Assembly: GCA_963841385.1 (NCBI GenBank)
Contig: CAWJCO010000002.1
Coordinates: 36,871 to 100,870, forward strand
Reading direction: 5' to 3'
Length of the DNA: 64,000 bases
From: an uncultured Chloroflexia bacterium
Lineage (GTDB): Bacteria; Chloroflexota; Dormibacteria; Aeolococcales; Aeolococcaceae
The translations under genes and the position numbers were made by a program. The notes under the pieces were generated by a model. That model saw only the letters and a program-made list of their open reading frames with translations. It was not told the origin of the DNA and made no database searches. The number at the start of each line of letters is the position of its first letter. The first letter of the stretch is position 1. Positions 25,349-37,138 of this stretch are shown one piece after another.

Positions 25349-26314
25349 ATGCCCCGACTCGTCGGGATCGACCTGGGTGGCACCAGCATCCGGGCCGCCG
25401 TGGCCACCGGCCCCACCACCTACGCCGACCGGGTCGTGCGCCGCCTCACCCCGGCCGCGGCCGGGCCGGCGGCGGTGATCTCGGCCTGTGCCGACGCGGC
25501 GCGAGACGCGGCCGGCGGCACCCCGGACGGGATCGCCATCGGCATCCCGGGCCCGCTGGACCCCGAGCGCGGGGTGGTCTTCGCCGCTCCCCACCTGCCC
25601 GGGTTCGAGAGCCTGCCGGCGCGGGAGATGCTCTCCGAGGCGGCCGGGTGCCCGGTCGCGATCCACAACGACTCGAACCTCGCCGGGTACGCCGAGTGGG
25701 CGGCGGGCATGGGACGCGGATCGCGGACGTTCGTCTTCGTGATCATCGGCACCGGGATCGGCGGGGCGGTGATCATCGACGGCAGCCTCCTGGTCGGCAC
25801 CGCCGGCACCGCCGCCGAGGTGGGACACGTGCCGGCGAGCCCGGACGGTCCGACGTGCGGCCAGGGCCACCCCGGCTGCCTCGAGGGGATCGCGTCCGGC
25901 ACCGGGATCGCCCGGTGCGCCGCGGCCGCCCTGGCCAGGGGCGAGAGGTCGCGGCTGCGGGGTGTCGCCCCCCTCACCGCCTCGATCATCGCGGAAGCCG
26001 CTCGGGCCGGCGACCCGCTCGCCCAGCGCGTCTACGCCGACGCCGCGAGGGCCCTCGGACGCTCCTTCGGCGCCCTCGTCAACATCCTCGGGCCGGACGC
26101 CATCGCCTTGGGCGGGGGCGTCGGCAGCAACGTCGACCTGTTCGAGGCGCCGATCCGCGCCGCGATGGCCGAGATCGCCTTTGAGACCCCGCTGCGACGA
26201 TGCCGCCTGGGCCAGGCCGAGCTCGGCAGCGACGCGGGCCTGGTGGGCGCGGTCGCGTGGGCAGTGCGCTCCTTCGCCCACGACGCGAGCGCGGAGGCCG
26301 CTCGGGCGGTTTAG
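25349..26314 (+). CDS. glk: ROK-family glucokinase
   Basis: AGGAG RBS 8 nt before ATG 25349. MPRLVGIDLGGTSIRAA (ATP site), IHNDSNLAGYAE, GTGIGGAVII, AAEVGHV and a Cys motif TCGQGHPGCLE. Positioned after zwf. Confidence 0.85.
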   Translation: MPRLVGIDLGGTSIRAAVATGPTTYADRVVRRLTPAAAGPAAVISACADAARDAAGGTPDGIAIGIPGPLDPERGVVFAAPHLPGFESLPAREMLSEAAGCPVAIHNDSNLAGYAEWAAGMGRGSRTFVFVIIGTGIGGAVIIDGSLLVGTAGTAAEVGHVPASPDGPTCGQGHPGCLEGIASGTGIARCAAAALARGERSRLRGVAPLTASIIAEAARAGDPLAQRVYADAARALGRSFGALVNILGPDAIALGGGVGSNVDLFEAPIRAAMAEIAFETPLRRCRLGQAELGSDAGLVGAVAWAVRSFAHDASAEAARAV

Positions 26315-26556
26315 TCCAGCGTTGCGGGGGCGGCCTGGCGCTTCACCTCCGGCGCGCCGCACGGGCGGGGTCCCCGACCCGGGCCTCGCGACCGCAGTCG
26401 CGGCCGGCGCTCGGGCAAGGCCGCCGCGACGCATCACCAACTCGTCACACGGGCATGCGATCGAAGCTCAGATCCTGTCCGCCAGACTGAACTCTTCGCG
26501 TCAAACGGTGTGAACAGGAGGTTAACCCGAGCCGATCCAGAAGGAGGTGATGCCCT

Positions 26557-26739
26557 GTGAGCGAATCACTCCCCACTCCCTCTCGCCGTCATTCACGTCG
26601 AGATGAGGAAGGGCAGGGAATGGCGGAGTACGCACTCATCCTCGTCCTCATCGCCGTCGTCGCGGCCGTCATGCTGATGCGGCTCGGCGGCTCGACCAAC
26701 ACCCTTTTCTCCAACGTCAGCAACGCCCTCGGAACCTGA
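26557..26739 (+). CDS. flp: Flp/Fap-family type IVb pilin precursor
   Basis: AAGGAGG RBS and GTG start. Charged leader ending ..EEGQG, then MAEYALILVLIAVVAAVML (the Flp G/xxxEY processing motif and hydrophobic core). 60 aa in total. Confidence 0.7.
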   Translation: MSESLPTPSRRHSRRDEEGQGMAEYALILVLIAVVAAVMLMRLGGSTNTLFSNVSNALGT

Positions 26740-26755
26740 AATTCACGCCGAACGC

Positions 26756-26792
26756 ATCGAAGGGGTCGCGGCCGTGCCGCGACCCCTTCGAT
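26756..26792. terminator. Strong GC hairpin between convergent flp and 26824-27057
   Basis: ATCGAAGGGGTCGCGG-ccgtg-CCGCGACCCCTTCGAT: perfect 16-bp stem, 5-nt loop, 17 nt after the flp stop. No U-tract. Confidence 0.6.
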
Positions 26793-26823
26793 CGCTCAGG
26801 GAACGCCGATCGGCGCCGCCGGT

Positions 26824-27057
26824 TCAGGCGGCGGGGGGAAGGTGGCGCCGGTCGATCTGCTTGCTGGCGGCCTGGGGGTTGCCCCAGGTGACGCTGCCGT
26901 TCGGCCAGACCATCGCGGTCGTCCGCGGGGGCCGCTCGGCGTGGATCTCTCCGCCGGCGATGTACACCGGCCGGTGCAGGCGGTACGCCTCCGCCCTGGC
27001 GCGCTGGAACAGCTCGAAGTCGGTGCGTGCCGACGACTGCTTCACCGCTGTGGTCAC
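26824..27057 (-). CDS. Hypothetical small protein downstream of malQ
   Basis: 77-aa ORF MTTAVKQSSARTDFELFQRARAEAYRLHRPVYIAGGEIHAERPPRTTAMVWPNGSVTWGNP... Same strand as malQ and non-repetitive. No motif recognised. Confidence 0.35.
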   Translation of the reverse strand: MTTAVKQSSARTDFELFQRARAEAYRLHRPVYIAGGEIHAERPPRTTAMVWPNGSVTWGNPQAASKQIDRRHLPPAA

Positions 27058-27135
27058 GTGGGGCTCTCCGTGCGGGTGGGCACCCTTGGCCCGGTTGCTA
27101 CGTCAACTATATCACGATGTGCGGGCGATTTCAGT

Positions 27136-29076
27136 TCACCCGCGCCGGTCGCGCCCACTGCCCGGGGGCGCTGCCCGGGCGCTGCCGCCTCGAGAGAGGA
27201 CGGTGGCGAGCTCCCGAGCCAGGGGAAGCGCCTCGAGACGCTCCCGGGAGACGGGGAGGGCCAGGCACCAGTTGGTGCTCGCCGCCCCCCCGCCCGGCTG
27301 ATTCGGCCGCTCTCGCACCGCCGCGACGTCCTCCAGGGTGGCGGTCAGCAGGGCGCAGGGGGAGGCGGCGAGGCGCCGGTGGGCGTGGACCAGGATCGCC
27401 TCGGCGGGGGCACCCGGAGCCGGCCCCCCGCCGCGGCGGAGGCGCAGCACCAGCTCGCCGGTCGCGGCGGCATCGGTGGGCAGTCCCAGCCGGCTCCGCT
27501 CCTCGAGGTCGCTGCCGTCCCAGAGCCCGGTGGTGGTGGGGAGGTCGTGGGTGGTCACCGCGCCCAGCGCCTGGACGGGCCAGAGCGCCGGTCGCCGGTC
27601 CTCGAAGAGGAGCACCACGTAGCTGAGCAACCCCCGCCGCCGCAGCCGGGAGCGAAGGTCGGCGGGAACCGTCCCGAGGTCCTCCCCGATGATGGTCGCC
27701 CGGTGCCGGACCGACTCCAGGGCGACGATCCCGAGCAGGTCGTCCACCGGGTACCTGACGTAGCCGCCGCCGGCCGGCCCGCTCCCGGCCGGGATCCACC
27801 AGAGCCGCTCGAGGCCCATCACGTGGTCGATGCGCAGGCCGCCACCGCTCCGGAGATTGGCTCGCAGGGTCTCGATGAAGGGGGCATAGCCGCCCGCCCG
27901 CAGCCTCCAGGGGTCGAAGGCGGGAAGGCCCCAATCCTGTCCGGCGCTGTTGAACGTGTCCGGAGGGGCCCCGACCGTCACCCCCGGCGCGATCAGCTCC
28001 TGCCAGAGCCAGGCGTCGGCCCCTCCCGGGTGGAAGCCGACGGCGAGATCGCGGACCAGCGGGAGGGCGGCGCTGGCCTCGTCGAGCTGACGGTCCAATT
28101 GCAGCTGCACCCAGGCGTGGAACCGCACCCGCTCCGCCAGCTCGGCCGCCGCGGCGCGGATCGCCGCCCGGTCGCGCCGCGCCAGCGGGCGCGGCCAATC
28201 CCGCCAGTCCTTCCCGTGCCGTTCCGCCAGCGCGCAGAAGAGGCCGAAATCGCGGAGCCGGGGTCGCGCGCTGAGGGCGGCGTCCACCTCCCCCGCCACC
28301 GCCGACTCCTGGAAGCACCTCTCCAGGGCCGCCGCCTTGAGGGAGGTCACCCGGTCCCGATCGATGAGGCGATCCCCGTTCAGCCCGTGAGCGGCCACGG
28401 CCAGGTCCGCGGTCGCCCCGCCCCCCGGCAGGAGCTCCGGACGCACGTAGAGCGGGTCGAGGAAGAGCCGGCTGGTGGGGAAGTACGGGCTGGGCTCGAT
28501 CGGCGGGATGGGCAGCGACGCGTGGAGCGGGTTGACCAGCAGCATCGAGGCCCCCAGGTCGGCCGCCCATCGTCCCAGCTCGGTGAGGTCGGCGAGGTCG
28601 CCGATGCCCCAGCTCGCCGCGGAGCGGACGCCGTAGAGCTGAACCGCGAAGCTGAAGCCCGGTGCGGACGGGAGATGGCAGCGGGGCGGGGTCACCACCA
28701 GCAGGCGGTCGTGAACTCCGCCGTGGAGGCGGTGGTAGCCGAGCGGCAGGTCAGGGGGCAGGCGATCACCGCAAGCCCGGCCGCCGCCGTCCTCCAGCTC
28801 GATCTCGAGCGCCACCGGTACCCCCGCGCCGGGGCGGCCGGGGATCGCCCGGTCGAGGCTCCCGCCGGCCCCCGGGCCCCCGTCGTCAGCGAGCGCCGGG
28901 GACTCCCCCTGGACGGCCACCAGGGGCCAGCCATCGCCCGGCCCGGGCCGGCGGCGGTCGGCGCCGAGCGCGCCGAGCAGGGCCTCGACGGTCTCTGCGG
29001 AGAGCGCGTGGCGCTCACCGCGGCCATCGACGTGGCTGCGGAGCAGGCCCCATGCGGTCGGACTCGGCGTGGACAC
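27136..29076 (-). CDS. malQ: 4-alpha-glucanotransferase (amylomaltase, GH77) with N-terminal extension
   Basis: FAVQLYGVRSAASWGIGDLADLTELGRWAADLGASMLLVNPLHA, SPYFPTSRLFLDPLY, GGLRIDHVMGL and ATIIGEDLGTVP are GH77 signatures. GTG start at 29076. Confidence 0.9.
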   Translation of the reverse strand: MSTPSPTAWGLLRSHVDGRGERHALSAETVEALLGALGADRRRPGPGDGWPLVAVQGESPALADDGGPGAGGSLDRAIPGRPGAGVPVALEIELEDGGGRACGDRLPPDLPLGYHRLHGGVHDRLLVVTPPRCHLPSAPGFSFAVQLYGVRSAASWGIGDLADLTELGRWAADLGASMLLVNPLHASLPIPPIEPSPYFPTSRLFLDPLYVRPELLPGGGATADLAVAAHGLNGDRLIDRDRVTSLKAAALERCFQESAVAGEVDAALSARPRLRDFGLFCALAERHGKDWRDWPRPLARRDRAAIRAAAAELAERVRFHAWVQLQLDRQLDEASAALPLVRDLAVGFHPGGADAWLWQELIAPGVTVGAPPDTFNSAGQDWGLPAFDPWRLRAGGYAPFIETLRANLRSGGGLRIDHVMGLERLWWIPAGSGPAGGGYVRYPVDDLLGIVALESVRHRATIIGEDLGTVPADLRSRLRRRGLLSYVVLLFEDRRPALWPVQALGAVTTHDLPTTTGLWDGSDLEERSRLGLPTDAAATGELVLRLRRGGGPAPGAPAEAILVHAHRRLAASPCALLTATLEDVAAVRERPNQPGGGAASTNWCLALPVSRERLEALPLARELATVLSRGGSARAAPPGSGRDRRG

Positions 29077-29157
29077 GGGTTCGTATCATGGTCGCGAATC
29101 GGTGCGGCGAGACGGTATGGTTGGCCGCCAGAGGGCGCCGCGATCCGGCGCCACACC

Positions 29158-31399
<2,242 letters not shown>

Positions 31400-31422
<23 letters not shown>

Positions 31423-31560
31423 CCCGGCCCCCGGACCCGAACCCCAGCCCGGACCCCGCCCGGGGCACTGACCCAGCCCCCCGGCCCCGGCCCCGGGGCA
31501 CTGAACCGGAACCGGAACCGGACCCGCACCCTGACCCCGGCCCCGGGCACCGACCCGGTC
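31400..31560. repeat. Degenerate repeats of the glgX stop-codon context (GGCCCCGGGGCACTGAMCC) plus CCGGAA/CCGGNC microsatellite
   Basis: Copies at about 31408-31425 (contains the real stop), 31458-31474, 31489-31507 and 31539-31556 (CACCGA variant). CCGGAACCGGAACCGGACC lies between copies 3 and 4. Confidence 0.6.
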
Positions 31561-31617
31561 CGGCCGATGGTCACGCCGCGCACCCGGCGCGGCTGACCGA
31601 AGCATCATTGTCCGGCT

Positions 31618-32286
31618 GTGCTCCTGGCCTCGCTGACCAGCTTCGCTTCCGGCTTCGTCCAGCACTGGGGATACCTCGCCGTCTTCCTGCTGGCCGGCCT
31701 GGAGAGCCTCTGCCTCCCCTTCCTTCCGGGTGAGACGGCGCTGCTCACGGCGGCGGCGCTGGCGGCCCGCCTCCACCTGGTGATCGGCGGGGTGATCGCC
31801 GCCGCAGCCGCGGGTCCCATCGTGGGGGGCAGCATCGCCTTCGCGATCGGCTGGTGGGGCGGTTACCGGCTCCTGGTGCACCACGGAGCGCGCGTCGGCC
31901 TCGGGCAGCCCCAGGTCAAGGTCACCCGCTACCTCTTCCAGCATCAGGGCCCGGAGGTCGTCTTCGCGGCCCGCTTCGTCCTCGTCCTGCGCAGCTTCTC
32001 CGGACTGCTGGCGGGCGCCGGCCGGATGTCACCGATCAGGTTCCTGGCCTTCAACGCCGCGGGCAGCGTGGTCTGGGCGGCGGCGTACGGGCTCGCCGCC
32101 TACGCGGCCGATGTGACCCTGAACGGCCTGAGCGGCTGGCTCGCCGCCGGCTTCGGGGCGGCGGCGGTGGCGGTCCTGATCGTGGTCGTGCTGGTCACGC
32201 GTCGCCACGCCAGGCGGCTGGAGTCCCGCGCCGAGGCCGCCTTCCCCGGGCCGCTGCCCGGCTACCCGGGGGGGCCGGAGCTCTAG
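31618..32286 (+). CDS. DedA-family (SNARE-associated) membrane protein
   Basis: GYLAVFLLAGLESLCLPFLPGETALLTAAALA and FAARFVLVLRSFSGLLAGAGRM are typical DedA motifs. GTG start. Confidence 0.8.
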   Translation: MLLASLTSFASGFVQHWGYLAVFLLAGLESLCLPFLPGETALLTAAALAARLHLVIGGVIAAAAAGPIVGGSIAFAIGWWGGYRLLVHHGARVGLGQPQVKVTRYLFQHQGPEVVFAARFVLVLRSFSGLLAGAGRMSPIRFLAFNAAGSVVWAAAYGLAAYAADVTLNGLSGWLAAGFGAAAVAVLIVVVLVTRRHARRLESRAEAAFPGPLPGYPGGPEL

Positions 32287-32390
32287 GCTCACCGCCACGC
32301 GGTGCCCTCCATTGACAAGGGGGCGCGCCCGCACCTAGCGTCTACTCGCTGAACCGGTGCGAAGCCGGCGGTCGCGAGGAGGCGAGTTCC

Positions 32391-33053
32391 ATGCCTGGGG
32401 TCGTGCCCTTCACCAGCAACATCGAGGATCTCTCCACCCAGGAGGGATACCAGTTCGAGTTCCGCTGCATGCGGTGCAACAACGGCTACCGCTCCTCCTT
32501 CCACCGCTCCCTCTTCGGGTTCGGTGGCCGGGTCGCCGCCATCGGCGGCGGTCTGCTGGGCGGCAACATCGGGGGTGACGTCGAGAGCGCCGGCTGGAAC
32601 TCCAGCATGCTGATGTCCGGGACGGGCAGCCCGGCCAAGGACAAGGAGCTTGCCAAGGCGGCACAGGAGGTCCACGACCGCTTCTACCAATGCAACCGCT
32701 GTGGCAAGTGGGTCTGCCGGGACGTCTGCTGGAACAACGACCGGGGTCTCTGCGTCGAGTGCGCGCCCAAGGTGGGCGAGGAGGTGGCGTACATGCAGGC
32801 GCAGGCCCAGCGGGGTCAGCTCGAGGAGAAGATCCAGGCCCAGGACCTCACCCAGGGGGTCAACTACACGGATCAGGCCACCGGGCTCTGTCCCTCGTGT
32901 CATCAGGAGTCGGGGGGTGGCAAATTCTGCCAGCACTGCGGCGCGGCGCTGGCCGCGGCACCCGCAGCGACCAAGCGCTTCTGCAAGAACTGCGGGACCG
33001 AGCTCGGCGAGGGGATCAAGTTCTGCGGCGAGTGCGGCACGCCGGCAGCGTGA
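32391..33053 (+). CDS. Multi-zinc-ribbon protein (function unknown)
   Basis: GAGGAGG RBS and ATG 32391. Cys pairs at CMRCNNG, CNRCGKWVCRDVCWNNDRGLCVEC, CPSCHQESGGGKFCQHCG and CKNCGTELGEGIKFCGECG, with a Gly-rich linker between them. Confidence 0.7.
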   Translation: MPGVVPFTSNIEDLSTQEGYQFEFRCMRCNNGYRSSFHRSLFGFGGRVAAIGGGLLGGNIGGDVESAGWNSSMLMSGTGSPAKDKELAKAAQEVHDRFYQCNRCGKWVCRDVCWNNDRGLCVECAPKVGEEVAYMQAQAQRGQLEEKIQAQDLTQGVNYTDQATGLCPSCHQESGGGKFCQHCGAALAAAPAATKRFCKNCGTELGEGIKFCGECGTPAA

Positions 33054-33115
33054 CCGCCGCCCGCCGCCCTGAACTGCCCCTCCCGCGAGCCGCCGGGACT
33101 GAGCGCTGAGCCGCC

Positions 33116-34711
33116 GTGCATTACCGCCTGAGCGCCGCCAGCGGCCAGGTCGTGGACGAGGGAGACGGCACCGCGGTGGTGGACGGCGGCGCGGTCACCG
33201 TCTCTCCCCAGCTCGGCCAGCCGCTGCGGATCACCCCGGAGCAGATCGTCGAGGTGGGCGAGCCGGTCCCCTTCACGGTGCGCATCGGCCTCAGCGACGG
33301 CTCCGCGGTGGAGCTGTCGCAGCTCGGTGCTGTCCGCACTCAGCTCCTCGCCCAGATCGGCGACATCCGGGTCACCGACGCTCGCGCCGGCCTGGTGACC
33401 ATCGGCTTCGGGGAGAGACAGCGCTTCCACGGAGCGGTGGACGGCGTCGACGCCGACATCAGCCTCTACGACGACGGGCTCGTCGCGCTCCCGGTCAGCG
33501 GGCCGCCCGTCCAGGTGCCCTACTCGCTCATCGAGGACGTCACCACTGATCCCTCCGGTTACCGGATCAGCGTCTCCATGGGCGACGCGGGGACGGTGGT
33601 CGTCCAGCGCCTCGCCCAGACGACCTCCCAGCTCCTCACCCTCCTCCGTCAGCGGGCGACGGCGGCGAGGGGGCGCACCGGCGCCTTCCTGCAGGCACTC
33701 CTCCCCGGGCTCGGGCCGCTCGTCCAGCGCCAGCTCGCGGGGGATCTCCGCGACGGTGTGGCGGTCCCCCGGCCGACCCTGGATGCGATCGATCCCGGAA
33801 TCTGGCCGGCCCTCATCGGCGCGGCGGCGCTGCCGGAGCGGGCCGGCTGCGCCGCATTGATCCAGTCGCTCGGCGAGCCGGCGCTCGGGTTCCACCAGAT
33901 CACGTCTGTGGAGGTGGCGGCGCAGGGGACGCAGCACTTCGCGGAGGCGGGGGAGGTCCAGAGCAGCGGGCCGGGTCGGGGCCAGGGCATGGATTACGGC
34001 CAGATCGAGCAGGGGATGGGGGCGATGATGGCGGAGCGCTTCATGGGGGTCCCGGGGCCGGGGTCTGCCGGAGCCGGCGGCCCCCTCCTCGGCGGCCCCG
34101 CCGGCAGCCCTCTGGTCGGCGGCCCGGTCGGTGGCGCGCCCTCCATGGGTGCGGGGATGGGTGCGGGGATGGGCATGGGTATGGGGATGGGCCCTGGCAT
34201 GGGGTTCGGCGCCCCCTACGGTGCCCTCGGCGGCATGCTCGCCATGCGGATGCTGCGTGGCGGTGGCGCCTGGTCACGGGGAGGCCAGGCCCAGGCGCGC
34301 TCGATGTTCCGCGTTCCCGAGGCGCCCCGCGACCCGCAGGGCCAGACCGCGGCGCACGCCGACCTCGACAGCCTCACCATCGGCGGCGACCACCCCACGA
34401 TCGTCGCCTTCCTGGTTGCCCGCACCGCCTCCGGCACGCTCGTCTACGAGTCCCTCAACGTCGAGGACCACGCCACCTACGTCTTCCACGACCCGGCGAT
34501 GTCGGTGGCCCAGCTCGACCTCGCCCTGATGCTCGCCGGGTTCCACATCGAGGTGCTCGCCGGCGACGTCACCGGCATCGGCTCCCGCTACGCCGAGGCC
34601 GTGCGCCGGCTCCCCCACCTGGCCCGCCTGACCGGCGCCTTCCGGGGGCGGGCCATCCATGACGGAGGATGGCGGGCTCAGCTCGAGCAGAGGATCTCCT
34701 CGGCGCAGTGA
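33116..34711 (+). CDS. Hypothetical 531-aa protein: duplicated N-terminal domain, Gly/Met-repeat linker, C-terminal globular domain
   Basis: GTG start 62 nt after the zinc-ribbon gene. Two similar ~60-aa segments (..[55 protein letters not shown] and ..[55 protein letters not shown]). Low-complexity [23 protein letters not shown]. No known motif recognised. Confidence 0.65.
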   Translation: MHYRLSAASGQVVDEGDGTAVVDGGAVTVSPQLGQPLRITPEQIVEVGEPVPFTVRIGLSDGSAVELSQLGAVRTQLLAQIGDIRVTDARAGLVTIGFGERQRFHGAVDGVDADISLYDDGLVALPVSGPPVQVPYSLIEDVTTDPSGYRISVSMGDAGTVVVQRLAQTTSQLLTLLRQRATAARGRTGAFLQALLPGLGPLVQRQLAGDLRDGVAVPRPTLDAIDPGIWPALIGAAALPERAGCAALIQSLGEPALGFHQITSVEVAAQGTQHFAEAGEVQSSGPGRGQGMDYGQIEQGMGAMMAERFMGVPGPGSAGAGGPLLGGPAGSPLVGGPVGGAPSMGAGMGAGMGMGMGMGPGMGFGAPYGALGGMLAMRMLRGGGAWSRGGQAQARSMFRVPEAPRDPQGQTAAHADLDSLTIGGDHPTIVAFLVARTASGTLVYESLNVEDHATYVFHDPAMSVAQLDLALMLAGFHIEVLAGDVTGIGSRYAEAVRRLPHLARLTGAFRGRAIHDGGWRAQLEQRISSAQ

Positions 34712-34803
34712 CGTCCGCTTCGCCGCGGTGCGGCCGGGCGGGATTGCGGTCCGCCGGAGCCTATGATGGGCCGCGTGGTTGGTGCGCTGCCGGAGGCCAG
34801 AGC

Positions 34804-36024
34804 TTGAAGATCGTCGACGCCAAGGTCATCGTCACGTCCCCCGGGCGCAACTTCGTGACCCTCAAGCTCACCACCGACGACGGCCTCACCGGCGTCGGCG
34901 ACGCGACCCTCAATGGTCGCGAGCTCGCGGTCGCCAGCTACCTGACCGACCACGTCTGCCCGCTGCTGCTGGGCCGGGATGCCGCCCGCATCGAGGACAC
35001 CTGGCAGTACCTCTACAAGGGAGGGTACTGGCGGCGCGGACCGGTCACCATGACCGCGATCGCGGCTGTCGACACCGCACTCTGGGACATCAAGGGAAAG
35101 GCCGCGGGCATGCCCGTCTATCAACTGCTGGGCGGAAGAAGCCGCGACGGGGTCACCGTCTACGGGCACGCCAACGGTGAGACCGTGGCCGACGTTCTCG
35201 AGGAGGTCGCCCGCTTCCTCAACCTCGGCTACCGCGCCGTCCGGGTGCAGGTGGGGATCCAGGGGATCAGCTCCATCTACGGGGTGAGCGCGGACACGGA
35301 GCATCACGAGACCGGGTACGTGCCCGCCGGCGCCACCACGATCGAGACCGCTGACTGGTCGACGGCCCGCTACCTCGATCAGGTTCCGGCGCTCTTCGAA
35401 GCCGTCCGGGAGCGATTCGGTTTCGACTTCGCCCTGCTCCACGACGCCCACCACCGGCTCACCCCGATCGAGGCCGCACGGCTCGCCCACCGGGTCGAGG
35501 AGTACCACCTCTTCTGGCTCGAGGACCTGGTGCCGGCCGAGCTCCAGGAGGGCTTCCGGATCATCCGCCAGCACTCGACGACGCCGCTCGCCGTGGGCGA
35601 GGTCTTCAACTCCATCTGGGACTGCCAGCAGCTGATCACCGAGCAGCTCATCGACTACATCCGCGCCGACGTGGTTCATGCCGGCGGGATCACCCACCTC
35701 CGTCGCATCTTCCAGCTCGCCGAGCTGTACCACGTGCGGAGCGGATCGCACGGCGCCAACGACCTCTCCCCGGTCTGCCTGGCGGCCGCCCTGCACCTGG
35801 ACATCTCGATTCCCAACTTCGGCATCCAGGAGTACATGCGCCACAGCCCTGAGACCGACCGGGTCTTCCCCCACTCCTACCGCTTCGCGGACGGCTACCT
35901 CCATCCCGGCGAGGAGCCGGGGCTGGGAGTGGACATCGACGAGGACCTGGCGGCCCAGTACCCGTACCGGCGTGCCTACCTTCCGATCAACCGTCTGGTG
36001 GACGGGACGGTGCACAGCTGGTGA
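34804..36024 (+). CDS. manD: D-mannonate dehydratase of the enolase superfamily (ManD subgroup)
   Basis: TTG 34804 with a GGAGG RBS 7 nt upstream. (M)[46 protein letters not shown]...[33 protein letters not shown] matches ManD N-termini. Context: kdgK, uxaC, uxuB. Confidence 0.85.
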   Translation: MKIVDAKVIVTSPGRNFVTLKLTTDDGLTGVGDATLNGRELAVASYLTDHVCPLLLGRDAARIEDTWQYLYKGGYWRRGPVTMTAIAAVDTALWDIKGKAAGMPVYQLLGGRSRDGVTVYGHANGETVADVLEEVARFLNLGYRAVRVQVGIQGISSIYGVSADTEHHETGYVPAGATTIETADWSTARYLDQVPALFEAVRERFGFDFALLHDAHHRLTPIEAARLAHRVEEYHLFWLEDLVPAELQEGFRIIRQHSTTPLAVGEVFNSIWDCQQLITEQLIDYIRADVVHAGGITHLRRIFQLAELYHVRSGSHGANDLSPVCLAAALHLDISIPNFGIQEYMRHSPETDRVFPHSYRFADGYLHPGEEPGLGVDIDEDLAAQYPYRRAYLPINRLVDGTVHSW

Positions 36025-37103
36025 GCGTCGAGCTCAGGATCCCGCAGGGAGGGGCGCTGGACCTCGTCTCGCTGGGGGCGCTGGTGATCCGGCTCGATCC
36101 CGGGGACGTCCCCTTTCAGAAGGCCGCACAGTGCCGCATCCACGTGAGTGGTGCGGAGTACAACGTGGCCGCCAACCTCGCCGACTGCTTCGGTCTCCGG
36201 ACCGCGATCGCCTCCGCCTGCGTGGACTACCCGATCGGGCACCTGGTCGCCGAGCGCGTCCGGGCCATGGGGGTCAGGGGGATCTACCGGTGGTCGGAGC
36301 ACGACGGCGTGCGCGGCCCCAACATCGCGACCGTCTACAGCGATCGCGGCTTCGGGGTGCGCCCGCCGGTCGTCTTCTACAACCGCGCGGAGGAGGCTGC
36401 GGCCCGGCTCGGGCCCGGCGACTTCGACTGGGCGGAGATCTTCGGCGCCGGCGTCCGCTGGTTCCACTCCGGCGGCCTCTTCGCCGCGCTGTCGGACCAG
36501 ACCAGTGAGCTGATCGTGGAGGGGATGCGCGCCGCCAGGGCGGCGGGCGCGGTGGTGTCCTTCGACCTCAACTACCGCGACAAGCTGTGGCGCACCCACG
36601 GCGGCCAGGAGCGGGCGCGCGCGGTGATCGGCCGGATCGTCGAGAACGTCGACGTCCTGCTCGGCAACGAGGAGGACGTCCAGCAGGCGCTGGGCATCTC
36701 CGGTCCGGACCTGCGCGCCGAGGGGAGTCTGGACGCCGCCGGCTTCGTCGCCCTGATGGGGCGCGTGCGCGAGCGCTATCCGCAGCTGGCCGTGATGGCG
36801 ACCACGCTCCGCGACGTGCGGTCGGCCAACCGCCACCTCTGGAGCGCGCTGGCTTCGGTCGGCGGGGAGGTCATGGTGGCCCCCACCTGCGAGCTCGACG
36901 TCTACGACCGGGTGGGGGGGGGCGACGGCTTTGCCGCGGGATTCATTTACGGCCTGCTCGCCGGGGAGACGCCCGAGCAGGCACTGCGGCTGGGGTGGGC
37001 GCACGGTGCCCTGGTCACCGGCTACCCGGGCGACACCACCATGGCGACGCTCGCCCAGGTGCGCGCCGTCGCCGCCGGGGGGGCGGCGCGGATCCAGCGG
37101 TAG
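36021..37103 (+). CDS. kdgK: PfkB-family sugar kinase, probably 2-dehydro-3-deoxygluconokinase
   Basis: GTG 36021 overlaps the manD stop (GTGA). [13 protein letters not shown], the C-terminal [18 protein letters not shown] (PfkB signature 2) and the hexuronate context. Confidence 0.8.
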   Translation: MSVELRIPQGGALDLVSLGALVIRLDPGDVPFQKAAQCRIHVSGAEYNVAANLADCFGLRTAIASACVDYPIGHLVAERVRAMGVRGIYRWSEHDGVRGPNIATVYSDRGFGVRPPVVFYNRAEEAAARLGPGDFDWAEIFGAGVRWFHSGGLFAALSDQTSELIVEGMRAARAAGAVVSFDLNYRDKLWRTHGGQERARAVIGRIVENVDVLLGNEEDVQQALGISGPDLRAEGSLDAAGFVALMGRVRERYPQLAVMATTLRDVRSANRHLWSALASVGGEVMVAPTCELDVYDRVGGGDGFAAGFIYGLLAGETPEQALRLGWAHGALVTGYPGDTTMATLAQVRAVAAGGAARIQR

Positions 37104-37138
37104 GGGAGGACCCGCGACTCACGACGGAGGAGCTTCCT

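Noticed and set aside
23486-26314. 942-aa ORF that reads as a bifunctional glucose-6-phosphate dehydrogenase/glucokinase fusion
   Set aside because: The first 128 codons lie upstream of the zwf N-terminus (ATG 23870) and are antisense to a membrane-protein gene. The Zwf-Glk junction lacks the conserved Zwf C-terminus, which sits intact in the adjacent frame after a C10 run. glk has its own AGGAG RBS and ATG. The fusion is best explained by one extra C.
22955-26440. 1161-aa minus-strand ORF
   Set aside because: Antisense to zwf and glk, with an Arg/Gly/Pro/Asp low-information product. Same high-GC artefact.
26842-29157. N-terminal ~770 codons of the 1526-aa plus-strand ORF that ends as glgX
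   Set aside because: This part is antisense to malQ, which has GH77 motifs, and has no glycosidase similarity. GlgX similarity begins right after ATG 29158.
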